In this document: positions 28,551 through 47,010 of the stretch, one piece after another | Position numbering within the stretch: position 1 is the first letter of the stretch | Layout: the number at the start of each line of letters is the position of its first letter | DNA from: the human T2T-CHM13v2.0 reference genome, Homo sapiens | Strand: one strand, 5' to 3' | NCBI RefSeq assembly: GCF_009914755.1 | Contig: NC_060941.1 | DNA length: 64,000 nt | Notes under the pieces: model-generated | Databases searched by the model: none | Told to the model about the DNA's origin: nothing | Seen by the model: only the letters and a program-made list of their open reading frames with translations | Made by a program: the position numbers and the translations under genes

Positions 28551-29311
28551 AGCTCTGTTCCTTCATTTCAAAAAGAAAGAAAGAAAATGGAAGTGGCCAG
28601 AGCCTCTCTCCAGGCGAGGAACAGAAAGCAGAAAAGAACTGGCTTCTTTTTGTGATCTTGGTCCAAACCTCTTTTTCCTCTCACTGAAGGATTCTCCCAG
28701 CAACCTCCAAGCAACCAGTCAAGAGACGCTGCCCTGAATTTTTGGTCCTCAGCTATAGAACAAAGAAGTCTTTGAGGTTTAACAAGAGGCTGCTCAGCTC
28801 TCTGGCCCCTGGGCTACTAAGATCTAGATTGGGAGCCTGGACTGCCACATGTGTAAGGGACGGAGCCTCGGATCAGGGCTGCCAGCTGGTGCCCTCCAAA
28901 GGCAGTATCTCACCTCCTGCCCACCCTCCTCCCAACCCTCAGGAGGGTGCTTGCAGTGAGATGAGATGCCGCAGGGAATAAAAACCACCAGCACCCCCTC
29001 AGCGTCCCTCCACTGTGTCAGGATCACAGACAGTGAGCGCCAGCCCCCAGCCCAGCCCTCTCTCCCCTGGAGGGAAACCAGCTTAAATTTGACTGGTTAG
29101 TAGGAATCCCTCATCTGGTCAGTGCCAAGATATCCCCAGCCTCCTGCTCCCTAACCCGGCTCCTCCGGGAGTGCTCTTCCAAGCAGGTGGAAACATAGCT
29201 TGCCTGAAGTGGTGATGAATCTCCTCATAGTAGGGGTTGGGAGGATAGGTGGCACTTGGACTAGAATTGGGAATATGGGAGTGGGAAGGGCAGTGGAAGG
29301 GGGATTTTGTT

Positions 29312-29345
<34 letters not shown>

Positions 29346-29675
29346 TTCTCCAGTCTCAGAGGTAGGAGATGTTGGGCAGCAGTCAAGAAAAAGTTCACCT
29401 CTCCAAGCTTTACCATAGGCAACTGGCCACCACCCCTCCTCACTCCAGCGGTTTGAATGGTTTGCTCCTAACTGTGCCCTCTGCATTTGCCTTCATCCAT
29501 CTCCATTCTTCTTTACGGTCAACATGCCAGGACCCTACATCTTCTCCCACATCAGTTGTTCACAGGGGCTCCTTCCCATGGAGTTCTGTCTAATGGCTTC
29601 CCAAACCTGAGTCTCATGGACATGTCCACTCTTCTTGTCCAATATCTCAGGAGCTTTGAATACTGCTGACCACTA

Positions 29676-31063
29676 TGGTTGTAGGGTGGTGGTAGGGTGG
29701 TGGTAGGATGGTGTAGGGTGGTGGTAAGGTGGTTGTAGGGTGGTGTACAGTGGTGGTCAGGTGGTGGTAAGATGGTATAGGGTGGTGTAGAGTGGTAGGG
29801 TGGTGGAAGGATAGTGTGATAGGGTGGTGGAAGGGTGGTTGTAGGGTGGTTGTAGGGTGGTAAGGTAGTGGTAGGGTGGTGGTAGGGTAGTTTTAGGGTG
29901 GCAGGGTGGTGGTACGGTGGTGTAGGGTGGTGGTAGGGTTGGTGGTAGGGTAGTGTAGGGTGATGGTAGGGTGATGGTAGGGTGGTGGTAGGTGGAGGTA
30001 GGGTAGTTGTAGGGTGGTAGGGTGGTGGTAGGGTAGTTTTATGGTGGCAGTGTGGTGGTAGGGTGGTGTAAGGTGGTGTAGGGTGGTGGTAGGGTGGTGG
30101 TAGAGTGGTTGTAGGGTTGTTTTAGGGTGGCAGGGTGGTGGTATGGTGGTGTAGGGTGGTGGCAGGATGACGTAGGGTGGTGGTAAGGTGGTTGTAGGGT
30201 GGTGTACAGTGGTGGTCGGGTGGTGGTAAGATGGTATAGGGTGGCATAGGGTGGTGGTAGAGTGGTGGAAGGATAGTGGTAGGGTGTGGTGGAAGGGTGG
30301 TAAGGTGGTGGTAGGGTGGTGGTATGGTGGTGTAGGGTGATGGTAGGCTGGTTGTAGTGTGGTGGTAGGGTGGTGTAGGGTGGAGGTAGGGTGGTTGTAT
30401 GGTGGTGTAGGGTGATTGTAGGGTGGTGGTAGGGTGGAGGTAGGGTGGTTGTAGGGTGGTAGGGTGGTGGTAGGGTAGTTTTAGGGTGGCAGTGTGGTAA
30501 GGTGGTGTAGGATGATGGTAGTGTGGTAGGGTGGTGGTGGGGTGGTTGTATGGTGGAGTAGGGTAATGGTAGGGTGGTGGTAGGGTGGTGGTGGGGTGGT
30601 TGTAGGATGGTAGGGTGGTGGTAGGGTGGTGTAGGGTGGTGGTAGGGTGGTGTAGGGTAGTGGAAAGGTGGAGGTAGGGTGGTTGTAGGGTAGTAGGGTA
30701 GTTTTAGGGTGGCAGGGTGGTGGTACGGTGGTGTAGGGTGGTGTTAGGGTGGTCATATGGTGATGTAGGGTGATGGTAGGGTGGTGGTAGGGTGGTGGAA
30801 GGGTGGTTGTAGGGTGGTAGGGGGGTGGTAGGGTAGTTTTAGAGTGGTAGGGTGGTGTTATGGTGGTGGTATGGTGGTGTAGGGTGGTGGTACTGTGGTG
30901 TAGGGTGGTTGTAGGGTGGTAGGGTGGTGGTAAGGTAGTTTTAGGGTGGCAGGGTGGTGGTACAGTGGTGGTAGAGTGGTGGTAAGGTGGTGTAGGGTGA
31001 CGGTAGGGTGGTGTAGGGTGGTGGAAAGATAGTGGTAGGGGGGTGTAGGGTGGTGGTAGGGTG
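29676..31063. repeat. ~1.4-kb G-rich VNTR, (GGT)/(GTAGGGTG)n
   Basis: Degenerate tagggtggtgg units with higher-order repetition. Confidence 0.97.
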
Positions 31064-31785
31064 AAAATAAAGCTACATGTATATATTGAGGTCTGGCACA
31101 CAGTGTTTAAAACATGTTAGCTCTCTCTTCCCTGCGTACTCTCAAGAGTGTATGTATGGTGTTGAGTGTACCCTGGGCCCTGGCTCTGGGTCATTCAGCA
31201 ATGACTGAGGAGGGCTGGAAACAAGGAGGTGCCTGTGGAGAACAAATCCACTTCTGGTTACTGGTTTGAGACCTGGTAACAGTGGCCATCCCCGACCTTC
31301 TTGGGCTGCCATCTTTGAAGACCACCATCCCTAAGGTGAACAGAGATGGTTCAGAGATTTTTCCTTTATCTTTCCATAGAGGAAGTACAACCAGAAGTTG
31401 GGATGAGTCGGCCTTGAGATGGAAGAGATTTGAGATACCCCACTTTTCCCAGTGACTGCTTTGATAAGCAGACAGTCTTCCTTTCTCTTTCCTTTGAAGA
31501 TTTTGGTCCAATTTGCAAAGGAGCTAGTATCCCAGTTGTTTTAAGAATGTATAGTCCTGGAGGCAGACACCAACTGAGAAAATGGAGCACCTAGAAAAAG
31601 GCAGATAAGGGAATAAAAGAAATGGCTAAATTCATAATTTTTTTAAAATTATGAGAAACAGAAGAAAATAGTTATGAGCTTAAGTAGGGAAGCACTTCTA
31701 AGCACACACATATTAAGAACATATAATGGAAAGAGTGATAGATTTGAATACATTTAAAAAATGTATTTCTCTATGTTAAAAAAAC

Positions 31786-32060
31786 TTTTTTTTTTTTTTT
31801 TTTTGTGATGGAGTCTTGCTCTGTCACCCAGGCTGGAGTGCAGTGGCGCAATCTTGGCTGACTGCAACCTCCACTTCCTGAGTTCTGGCAATTCTCTTGC
31901 CTCAGCCTCCCTAGTAGCTGGGATTACAGGCGCCCACCACCACACCTGGCTAATTTTCCTATCTTTAGTAGAGACAGGGTTTCACTATGTTGGCCAGGCT
32001 GGTGATTCACCTGCCTTGGCCTCCCAAAGTGGTGGCAGGCATGAGCCACAGTGCCCAGCT
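31786..32060 (-). mobile_element. AluS with small internal deletions
   Basis: Antisense Alu. Confidence 0.9.
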
Positions 32061-32525
32061 GAAAAACAATTTCTATAGATTAAAAAGAAACTATATATAA
32101 TTTTATAGGTTAAAAAACAAAGTATTTGAAATATATATAACAAAATTAATATCTTTAATATATAAACAGCTTTTACAAATTAATAAAAAAGGAAAATCCC
32201 AGCTAAAAAGTTCAATGCACGTAAATATGCAATTTACAAATAAAGACATACAGATATAAAAAGTATATCCTTTGAGTAATAAAATAAATACAAACTAAAA
32301 TAACAGTAAAATTCCTTTTTTTTCCCACTTAGCTTATTGTCAATGATTAAAAATAAATGCTTAATGTTGGTAAGATTACGGGAAACAGAAACTCTGATTC
32401 AAACCTACTGAAAACATAAAGCTATGTAACATTTCTGGGGGCAGTTTGCCAGTATGAATTAAAACTTTTATATGATTTACTCACGTTCACTCTTAGGAAT
32501 GTCTCTTAAGAAAATAACTAGAAGT

Positions 32526-32855
<330 letters not shown>

Positions 32856-32898
32856 TCAAAGCGTTCTTCATAATAATTTTTAAATTAAGAACAACCTA

Positions 32899-33954
<1,056 letters not shown>

Positions 33955-34779
33955 TCATCAGAGTCACCTGGAGTCCGGCAAGGAGGTTTCCCCAGGAAGG
34001 GAGCACAGGATAGACAAATATATAGGTCATCTGTGCAATTGAGAAAGTTGATTGTGGTGGTGGCGGCGGTGGTAGTGATGGAGCTTGGGGGCAGGGGGAG
34101 ATTGAGAAGGTGGCATCTGCAATACTGGAATTCTCAATGACAGTCGAAGCATGTGCTTTACAGTCACCTACAAAGCAGGGTCCTAAAAAGTAATTTTGCT
34201 ATATTTCCCAAAAGCTTTGAAATAGGAAGAAATCCAAAACTGCTCATTTCCTTATATTTATTTTGTTGTTTAGCATTCTATTTGTTTGCAGCAGAGTCTC
34301 AGTCTGACCTCCGAGCCCACCCAGAGGGCCCGGGCGACTGCAGGAGGGCCACTGCTCCTGCCCGCGGAGCTGGAGTGGGGCCCAGAGACAGAGACTGGGG
34401 TGTCCACCAGGAGACTCCCAAGGCTCCCAGACCGGAGCTCCGTACAAACCCTGGAGGGCAAAGCGGGGAGAGGGAGCCAAGATGAAGAGCCCAGGAGCCT
34501 GGAGAGCAGGAACCCTTTGTCTGAGGAAGCTCCAAGGAAACGGAGGGGACTCCCTGAAGTAGATTCCTTCATGTCTTCAGGGTGGCTTTTTATGCTAAGC
34601 CCCACCTGGGATGCTGGTGTGCTGAAGCATTTAGGGAGCTGGCCCAGCAGAGAGGATGCAGGGAAAGCCTGGGGATGGAGGCCAGGAGAACCACAGACCC
34701 CACCATCTGAGAGCCTGAAACCAACAACAAACTTGTGGCCAAAGCACAGTGGGTACTGGGTTTTGTACCAGGAGTTTCT

Positions 34780-35014
34780 GGCTGTATAACAACCCACGCT
34801 TGTGGGAAATAATCCATCCCCTCAAGAACTAATCCAGTCTCGCCAGAGCAAGATCTCACTCACGACCAGGAGAACAGCACCAAGCCAGTCATGAGAGACC
34901 CACCCCCATGACCCAAGCACCTCCTGCCAGGCCCACCTCCAACACCACCACATTGGAGATCAAATTTCAACAAGAGTTTTGGCGGGGACAAACAAACCCT
35001 ATCCAAACCATAGC
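34780..35014 (-). mobile_element. MST-type LTR fragment
   Basis: cacccccatgacccaagcacctcc...atccaaaccatagca. Confidence 0.7.
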
Positions 35015-35460
35015 ACATGCCATCGTTGAATGCCAGAAACTGAAAGCCTAAGCGTGGCCCTATACAGTCTAGGCCCCTGCTCTGCCAGGGACCAGATTCA
35101 GCCGCATGGCAACGTCCCCAGCTGGTTCATGAGCACATTTGAGAAGCACTGAGGATCGTGTTAAACTGCAGGTCTTGATGCAGTATGTACGGGGGAGGGA
35201 CTGAGATTGTGTTGCTAAATAGATCCTAGATGACCCTGATGTTGCTGGTCCATGGATCACACTTTGGGGGAAAAAGGGGGTCTACTGTATCTGTTCTATG
35301 CCCCACCCCCCATTTTGATGAAAGCTGCCCGCATCCCTCTCACTTGCACCACTACCTGGCTCCACCCTCTAAGTGGAGCCCCTCCCTCTCTCCAGGCTCA
35401 CAGCCTCTCCACTGCCTCCCTCACCCACTTTCACTGACAGGTTCTCAAAAGGCTCATGAC

Positions 35461-35773
<313 letters not shown>

Positions 35774-35840
35774 TTATCTGCTTCATTTTCCTCACCATTT
35801 CCCTCCTACAAAAGCCTAGCAATTAGCCTTTGTCTCAGAC

Positions 35841-35867
35841 CTCTCTCTCTGTCTCTCTCCTCTCTCT

Positions 35868-35906
<39 letters not shown>

Positions 35907-35909
35907 TCT
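35841..35909. repeat. Compound (CT)n(TG)n microsatellite
   Basis: Direct reading. Confidence 0.95.
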
Positions 35910-35963
35910 CCCTGCTGAACAGATTTTCAAAAGTCACCAACAACCTCTTAAAAATCCTGCTTA

Positions 35964-36263
<300 letters not shown>

Positions 36264-36675
36264 TTCCTGCTTATTGGTCTTTTCTTAGTCCTCTCTAAGA
36301 AAGGGGACTTCTGTCCCATTAAATGCTGTTGACCAAACCCCATACAGTTTAGCATAAAATTTTTGCCCTGTTTTGTCCTGATTTCTCCCTACCTCTCAGG
36401 CCTATCCCCTTTATTCCAGTTCTTCATTCTCCCTGAAATTGTATCTCTACCTCGAAGTTCAGAGGGCATGCAGAACCAAATCTGCAGCTCCAACTTTTCT
36501 CTGAATCTCAAACCATGCATTTCTGATTCCTGAAACTCAAGGTCTCAAAGGACACTCATTATTTTTCCATTTAATTCAGTGGAATGCAATAAACATGTTA
36601 CTAGGCATTGTGCTGTGAAAACAAACTGACGGAGCCTTCCTCCAACGGGTTCCTAGAAGCAAACCTTCCTGATAC

Positions 36676-36859
36676 CAGTGGTATGCTGGTAAACCAACTC
36701 TCTTAAAGAAAAAATAAAAAAGCCCCAATTTATAACATTTACCAATCTCCACCATGGCTTATTTAAAGCTTCTGCCATAACACTGCTGAACACAGACAGG
36801 AAGAGATACGCAGAATCGGCTCTCCAGAGCCAGAATGAGCCAGCTTCAGCACAGCACTG
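36676..36859 (+). mobile_element. MER63-like hAT MITE
   Basis: TIRs cagtggtatgctg / cagcacagcactg; gaatcggctctc motif. Confidence 0.7.
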
Positions 36860-37281
36860 TTGGCCCTCACACAACTACCAGTTATTGTCCCAGTCATCCA
36901 CCCTCAAATCTTAGAACCAAAGCGTCCTTGATACAATGCTTTCCCATTCACCCTCACATCTAGTAAATCAGCAACTGTGGTGACTTGTACAGCAAGGCCC
37001 TAAAACTCTTTGAAGGTAAGCTATGAGAAATTAGAGAAGAAAAAAGAATAAGTGGCAAATGGAAAAAAAGTAGCAAGATGGTAGGGACTTAAACCCAATC
37101 ACGTTGATAATTACATGAAATGTAAGTGGTCTAAATACTCTAATTAAAAGTCAGAGACCTAGATTTCTCCCCCCCTGGAAAAAAAACAGCAAGAGCCAAC
37201 TTTTTGTTTTCTACAAAGACACACCTTACATCATAAGACACAGATAAGTAAAAAGGATGGAAAAAGATATAACATGAATGA

Positions 37282-37729
<448 letters not shown>

Positions 37730-37904
37730 AGATATTTCTTAATGATTTAAGAGTTAATTCATATGTACACCGATTATACATCCATTAGAAGATTTTTTAA
37801 AATAAAACTTCAAAAAGATATATCAATCAGAAATGTATATGCACATAAAGACAGAGCTTCAAAATGCATAAAATATCAACTGACAGAATTTAAAGGCAAA
37901 ATGA

Positions 37905-38224
<320 letters not shown>

Positions 38225-38714
38225 CTACCTAGAGATTTTAAACCTCTTCTCAGAACTGATAGAGCAAACAGAGAGAAAATTAGTAAAGATATAGAAGACT
38301 TCAACCACCCTGCTAACCTAACTGGCCTAATTGACATGAATAGAACACTCCATTGAGCATCAGGAGAAGACATGTTCTTTTCAAATGAACATGGAACATT
38401 CAAGACAGACAGTTTGCTATACCATAAAACAACTTCCAATATATATGAGTTGAAATCATAGATTATATTTGCTGACTACAAAAAAGTTAAAATTTTAAAA
38501 AGAGAAAAATATGTTTGAAAAACCCTGAACTAATGTGAAACTAAACAAAATACATTTAAATAGCATATAGATCATAAAAGAACTCACATGGGAAATCAGA
38601 AAATATTTTGAACTAAATGATAATGAAAATACAACATATCAAAATTTGGAGGATGCATCTAAAGCAGTGATGCTTATAATAGAAAAGAAGAAAGATCTAA
38701 AATCAACATTTAAA

Positions 38715-39000
38715 GCCGGGCACAGTGGCTCACGCCTGTAATCCCAATACTTTGAAAGACTGAGGCAGGTGGATCATCTGAGGTCAGGAGTTCAAGACCA
38801 GTCTGGCCAACATGGAGAAACCCTGTCTCTACTAAAAATACAAAAATTAGACAAGCATCGTGGCACATGCCTGTAATCCCAGCTACTTGGAAAGCTGAGG
38901 CAGTAGAATGGCTTAGAGGCGGACGTTGCAGTGAGCTGAGATTGCGCCATTGCACTCCAGCCTGGGTGACAGAGCGAGACTCCATCTCAAAAAAAAAAAA
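38715..39000 (+). mobile_element. AluS
   Basis: TSD aaaatc(a/t)acatttaa. Confidence 0.93.
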
Positions 39001-39099
39001 ATCTACATTTAAGCTAGTAAATAGTAAGAAACTAGTAAAAGAAAACCAAATTAAATCCAAAGTAAGCAAAAGGAAGGAAACAATAAAAATAAGAGCAGA

Positions 39100-39410
<311 letters not shown>

Positions 39411-40722
39411 AGAGCAGAAATCAAAGAAATAAAACATAGACTAATAGTTTAAAAACTCAATGGAACCCAACGCTAATTCTTAGAAAATATCAATAAAATT
39501 ATAAACCTCTAGCTAGACTAGCCAAGGGAAAAAAGACAGAACACACAAATTATCATTATAAGGAATGAAAGAGAGACTTCATTAGAAATCCTACATATAA
39601 TGAAAGGATAATAAGCAAATAGCATGAACAACTTTATGTCAATAAAGTCAACAATTTAGATAAAATGGACAAATTACATGAAGGAGAAAAATCACGAAAT
39701 CTAGCCCAATAAGAAATAAGAAGTCAGAAACAGGCCTAATCTATTAAAGAAATTGATTTTCTAATTAAAAATTTTCCCTGAAAGAAAACTCCAGGCCAGG
39801 TGGCTACACTGGCAAGTTCAATCAAACATTTAAGGATATCTAATGCCAGCTTCTCTCACATTCTTTCAGAAAACAGAAGTGAGATCTCTTCTCAACTCAT
39901 TCTATGAGGTCAGCATAACCTGATACCAAAACCAGACAGCTATTACAAGAAAAGAAAACTACAGACCAATATTTCTCATGAACATGAACAGAAAATTCCT
40001 TAACAAAGTATTAGCAATTTGAACCAAGAATAAATTAAAATAGATAATACATCATGACAAAGTGGGGTTCATCCCAGGAACACAGGATGATTTAACATTT
40101 AATAATCATCTAATGTAAATCATCCTATTAACAATAAAGGAGAAAAGCCATGTGGTCAACCTGACAGATATATAAAAAGGATTTGATAAAGTACAACTTG
40201 CATTCATAATAAAAATTCTCAGAAAGCTAGAATTAGATAGGCACATCTTCAACCTAACCTACAGTATCTACAAAAAACCATCAGCAGCAAACTTTATGAT
40301 GAATGACTGAATACTTTTCACCTGAGATCTGAAATGAGCAAGGGTATTTAATCTCATAATTTTTATTTAACATTTTTAACAGGTTCTCATTTGTGCAGAA
40401 AATGATTTTAGACATAGCCAATCTTTATGAAACTTAACAATCTAACAGAAATAAGTGAATTCAGCAAGGTTATATGATACAAGGTCAAAATAAATCAATT
40501 ATATTTCTGTATGCTAGCATAGAACAATTGAAAAACAACGTTTAAAATACCATTTATAATAACATCTAAAAATCCATAAATACCTAGGGATAAATTTAAC
40601 AAACTATATCCAAAATATATACATGAATATAATTTTGGTAAACAAAAAAAATTACCAAGAGAAATTAAAGAAGACTTAACCAAATGGTAAGATATGTCGT
40701 GTTCATGGGTTGCAAGACTTGG

Positions 40723-41079
40723 TGTATTAGTCCATTCTCACACTGCTATAAAGACACTACCTGAGACTGAGTAATCTATAAACAAAAGAGACGTAATTGA
40801 CTCACAGTTCCACATGGCTGGGGAGGCCTCAGGAAACATAAATAATGGCAGAAGGCAAAGGGGAAACAAGGCATGTCTTACATGGTGGCAGGAGAGAAGG
40901 AGAGAGAAAGTGTCATGCTTTTAAACCATCAGATCTTGTGAGAACCCACTATCAGGAGAACAGCATGGGGGAAATCCACCCCCATGATCCAATCACTTTC
41001 CACCAGGTCCCTCCCTTGACATGTGGGGACTACAATTTGAGATGAGATTTGGGTGGAGACACAGAGCCAAACTATATCA
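40723..41079 (-). mobile_element. MSTA-like solo LTR inserted in L1
   Basis: tgtattagtccattctcacactgctataaag...gccaaactatatca; perfect 5-bp TSD cttgg. Confidence 0.9.
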
Positions 41080-42255
41080 CTTGGTGGTGTCACTATGTTA
41101 GTTTTGCCCAAATTGATCTATAGATTCAGCTCAGTCCCAATCAAAATCCCAGAGGGTTTTTTTTTTTTTTTTTTTTAGGTAGAAATAGACAAGGTGATGA
41201 TAACATTTATATGGAAATGCAAAGGACATAAACTGATACCCCAGAATTTTCAAGTATTTTTTTAAAGAATAAAGTTGGATGACTTACATCTAAACTGATG
41301 TCAAAACTTATTATGAAGCTAGTAATCAAGACAGTGTGCTATTTGGCATAAAGACAGATCAATATATAAATGGAACAGACCAGAGAATCCAGAAAAAAAT
41401 CCACACATATATGGTCAATTGATTTTTAATGAGAGTGCTAAAATAATTTCACACAGAAAGAATAGCCTTTTCAAAAATGCTCCTGGAAAAACTGAACATA
41501 CACATGAGAAAAAAATGAACCCTGAATCTTACCTCACACCATAGACAAAAATTAACCCAACTTCAAGCATAGAGCTAAACTTTGTAAAATCTAATACCAC
41601 AAAGAATTCTGGAGGAAAAATAGGCAAACATCTTTTTGATCTTGGCACAGGCAAAGATTTTTTAGAAAGGATACAGAAAGCACTATGGAAAAGAAGAAAA
41701 ATGGGTGGATAAATCAGACTTCATCAAAATTAAAAATATCCACTCTTTGAAGACATCATTAAATAATTATAAAAGACAAAGACTGGTAAAAAATTGAAAT
41801 ACAAATATCTGACAAAAGACGTACCAAGATATACAAAGAACTCTTATACCTCAAAAATAAAATAAAGACCCAATTTTTAAAATAAGTAAAAGATGTGGTC
41901 AGACATTTCCCAAAAGAAGACATACTAACAACCAACAGCACACAAAAAGGTGATCAATGTCATTAGTCATCACAGAACTGCAATGAGATGCACTACACTA
42001 CATAGACACTAGAATGTTTAAAATTAAAAAGATTTATCAAACCTTAGAGCAGATGTGGGACAACTGGGAATCTCATACATTTGCACATATTGTTAGTGGA
42101 AATATAAAATGATACAATCACTTTGGGAAACAGTTTGGCAGTTTCTTATAGACATATACTTACATACAAACCAATGATTTCACTTTTAAGAGAAGTGAAA
42201 ACATATGGCCATCCAGACTTGTAAACAGATGCTTATTGGGCATTTACTGAGAATC

Positions 42256-42558
42256 TTCTTTTTTTTTTTTAAGACGGGCTCACTCTGTCCCCCAGGCTGG
42301 AATGCAATGGCACACTCTCCGCTCTGCTCACTGCAGCCTCAACTTCCCCAGGCCCGAGTTTTTCTCCCACCTCAGCCTCCCGAGTAGCTGGGACTACAGG
42401 CATGGACCACACCACATCTAGCTAACTTTTGTATTTTTTGTAGAGATGGGGCTTTGCCACGTTGCCCAGGCTGGTCTTGAACTCCTGAGCTCAACCAATC
42501 CACCCACTTCAACCTACCGAAGTGCTAGGACTACAGGTGTGAGCCACCACACCTGGCC
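42256..42558 (-). mobile_element. AluJ
   Basis: Antisense diverged Alu. Confidence 0.9.
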
Positions 42559-42771
42559 CCACTGAACATCCCAATGGATGAATAAGTCTGAAGTAGCAGA
42601 CTTACTCATAATATCCCCAAATTTGAAACAACCCAAATGTCCATCAACAGGTAAACATGTTATGTATGGTATAATCATGCAAGGGACTAATAACCAGCAA
42701 TAAAAAGAAACAAACTATTTACGTATACAATAAATCCCAAAACTATGCTGAGCAAAAGAAGCCAGACATGA

Positions 42772-43113
<342 letters not shown>

Positions 43114-43143
43114 CTAAATGATCCATTCATAGGAAATTCTAGA

Positions 43144-43366
43144 CTTCTTAACAGTGGATGATTTTGGCCTCCGAGGGACATTTGGAAATGTCTAGAAATA
43201 TTTTTGGTTGTCACGAGTTGGGATAAGCTACTGACATCTGGTGAAAGGAGGCCAGGGATGCGCTAAACATCCTTTAATGTACATGACAGACCCCCACAGC
43301 AAAGAATTATCCAAATTATCCACTACTGACCCAAAATGTCAATAGTGCCAAGGCTGAGAAACCCTG
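43144..43366 (+). mobile_element. MER20 hAT element
   Basis: gggacatttggaaatgtct...gctaaacatcct...ccaaaatgtcaatagtgccaaggctgagaaaccctg. Confidence 0.85.
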
Positions 43367-43544
43367 GACAAAACTAATCTATAGTGACAGAAAAAAGGTT
43401 GGTGATTGCCACTGGCTGGGGGTGGGAAAGTGAGGGTTGATCGCAAAGGGGCATGTGAGTGGAGAAAATGTTTTAGGTCTTGGTTGTGGTAAAAGGGAAG
43501 CATTTCATTTTACACAAATTATACCTTGGAAAAATTGACTTTTA

Positions 43545-43930
<386 letters not shown>

Positions 43931-44275
43931 TTAACTACCTTGTAAATTAGCCTGAGCAAACATCTCAGTAGTGAAGCTATTTTCTTTATTGGATGAGACC
44001 TTAGGTACAGAAATTGGGAAACCCCACACATCCCACAAAATTGAATCCATGTTTTCTAATAGGAATTTGAGGAGAGTGGAACCAACAGAGTAGCAAGAAC
44101 AAAGAAACCTCCCTGTCAGCCAATAGTATTATAGTATCATATTATTACATACATACACATGTGTGTGTATGGAGACACACACAGCCATTTGCACATGTGC
44201 TATTTGCATGGTGCCTGGTACAAAGAAAGGATAAAACGAGTGTTAATAACCCGTGCCTCAATGACACATTCTTTA

Positions 44276-44694
<419 letters not shown>

Positions 44695-44738
44695 CTATCA
44701 GAATCCTCTCAGAAACTCACCAGTTTTGGAGTCCTTCT

Positions 44739-44943
44739 CAGTCGTGAGTTGGAATGAGCTCACACTGGCTTCTGAGAGCTGATCGTGGTCTTCTCTTCCA
44801 AACTCCCAGTTTAGCGACCTCAAGTTGGTAGTTGGAAATCGACCATGGTGGAAGTCTTTACACCATGGAAATTGGCAAATGTGACACATCAGGGCTTGTT
44901 CCCCTGGAGAGCCAGGCGTGAAGTGTTTGCCGGCACATCACTG
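44739..44943 (-). mobile_element. MER63-like hAT MITE
   Basis: Reverse-complement homology to 36676-36859; cagt...cactg ends. Confidence 0.65.
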
Positions 44944-45601
44944 CCTCTGACTCAGAGAGAAGTGAAATTCATATGGAAGAGAGAATGCACGTGGGTGTGA
45001 ACATGAACGTTGTGGTTTGAAATTGGTGATTTTTTTCCTCTTATGTCATGAAGACAGTTGGAATTGCCCTGACGATCCATCTTCCCATGAAAAAAAGCCA
45101 AGGGGGTGTGGGTGGGGAGCCTGGATAGGTTCCATACAGTATTTTAATAAAAAATTGTAATGTAGCCTGGGGGCTTCTGGTTAAACAAAACAAAATATTT
45201 AGTTTAAAAACCTGTTCTTCACATAGAATAAAGGTGAATGAGAGTATAGAGTTGGGTGAGACCTTAGCCACGTTCTCAAAGGAAGGACAGAGAAGCCCTA
45301 ATTCAGGGAGGGTTTGGCCACAGTCCCTGTGTGATGTGCTTCAGATATTCGTCATCCTGCAACAAGCTGGAGAAGACAGAGGCGTTTTGCTTAAGGGCCC
45401 CAGCGTGAGTGCCAGGCAGGGCTGAGGCATCCTGCCCAGCGCTTCTTGCCCCTTACTTCCTGGCTGCTTCTCCAAGCTGGCAAGGTCAGGGTGGATGGAG
45501 AGAAACATTTCCCAGAGGCCAGAGTTGCCCATGAGAAGTGGCTCTGCCCTGAACTGTCTCTCATTTTCTGGGGGCCAGACTGACCTGTGAGGCAAAGTTG
45601 A

Positions 45602-46151
<550 letters not shown>

Positions 46152-46559
46152 TGAGCCCCATCTGAGGGCGTATGTAGGAGAGCCTAAGCTGCCTCCATTA
46201 CCCCAGGCAAACAAGGAAGAGCAGAGAGAAGTGGAGAACCCCACAGCCAGGAGACCCTCTGAGCAAGCCAGAGCTGGGCCCAGAATCCAGCCCACAGCCT
46301 TTGCCTCTAAAGAACCTGGAGGTGGAAGCATCACCAGCGCAGTCCCCAGCCTCCCAGCACAACAGCCAACAGCGGGGCAGGGCAACCTGCTCTCCTGGGT
46401 GGGGCTCGGGGAGGAGACCTCTCTCTGCGGCCTCCTCCCTCTGATAGTGGGACTTTTAAAACTTGATCAAAAAAATAATAATAAATTAAAAAAGAAAAGA
46501 AAAGACAGCAAACAAGCACAAAAGAGCAGGCGGGGAAAACCCTAGGTAGGAATCAATGA

Positions 46560-47010
46560 AGCCTTTCAACCTTCTTCCCTGCAAAAGTCTGCATTTCTCT
46601 TGTCTTTGGGAACCCGCTGAATGGCTGGGAAACTGTTTTTAATAAACAAGAGTTCAAACGCTGAGTCTCCATAGCCAACAGTCACGCCTTAAACTCTAAA
46701 CTTTACATGAAAACTCTCCCAGTCCCTTTGAACTCTCCTTCCCTCTCCGACGGAGCATTCCAGTGTTTATGCATTTTTCGAGATTGCTGGCAGGATTGCG
46801 AGGCGCTTTGAATACTTTCCCTCTCTTTAGCAATCTCCTGCCTTCAGAACCCATTAATGCCCCACTCAGCAACATCAAGGTAATGCTTTGAAGTCCCTTC
46901 TGGCTACAGGCCTCTCACACTCTTTGGTTACTGTGCAATCAAATAATTAAATGGATTCTCAGGGAAAAAAAAAATCATTCTTTTCCTTGGTAATTAAATA
47001 CTCCAGGTTG
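46560..47010. promoter_or_regulatory. Candidate enhancer with TCF/LEF and homeodomain motif cluster
   Basis: CTTTGAA at 46726, 46806 and 46886; TAATTA/ATTAAT sites; retained CpGs; no recognisable TE. Confidence 0.5.

Noticed and set aside
29676-31063. Interstitial telomeric repeat
   Set aside because: TTAGGG is sporadic and never tandem; the base unit is GGT/GTAGGGTG
30481-31101. 206-aa extensin/mucin-like Pro/Thr/His ORF
   Set aside because: Translation of the GGT VNTR; no gene context
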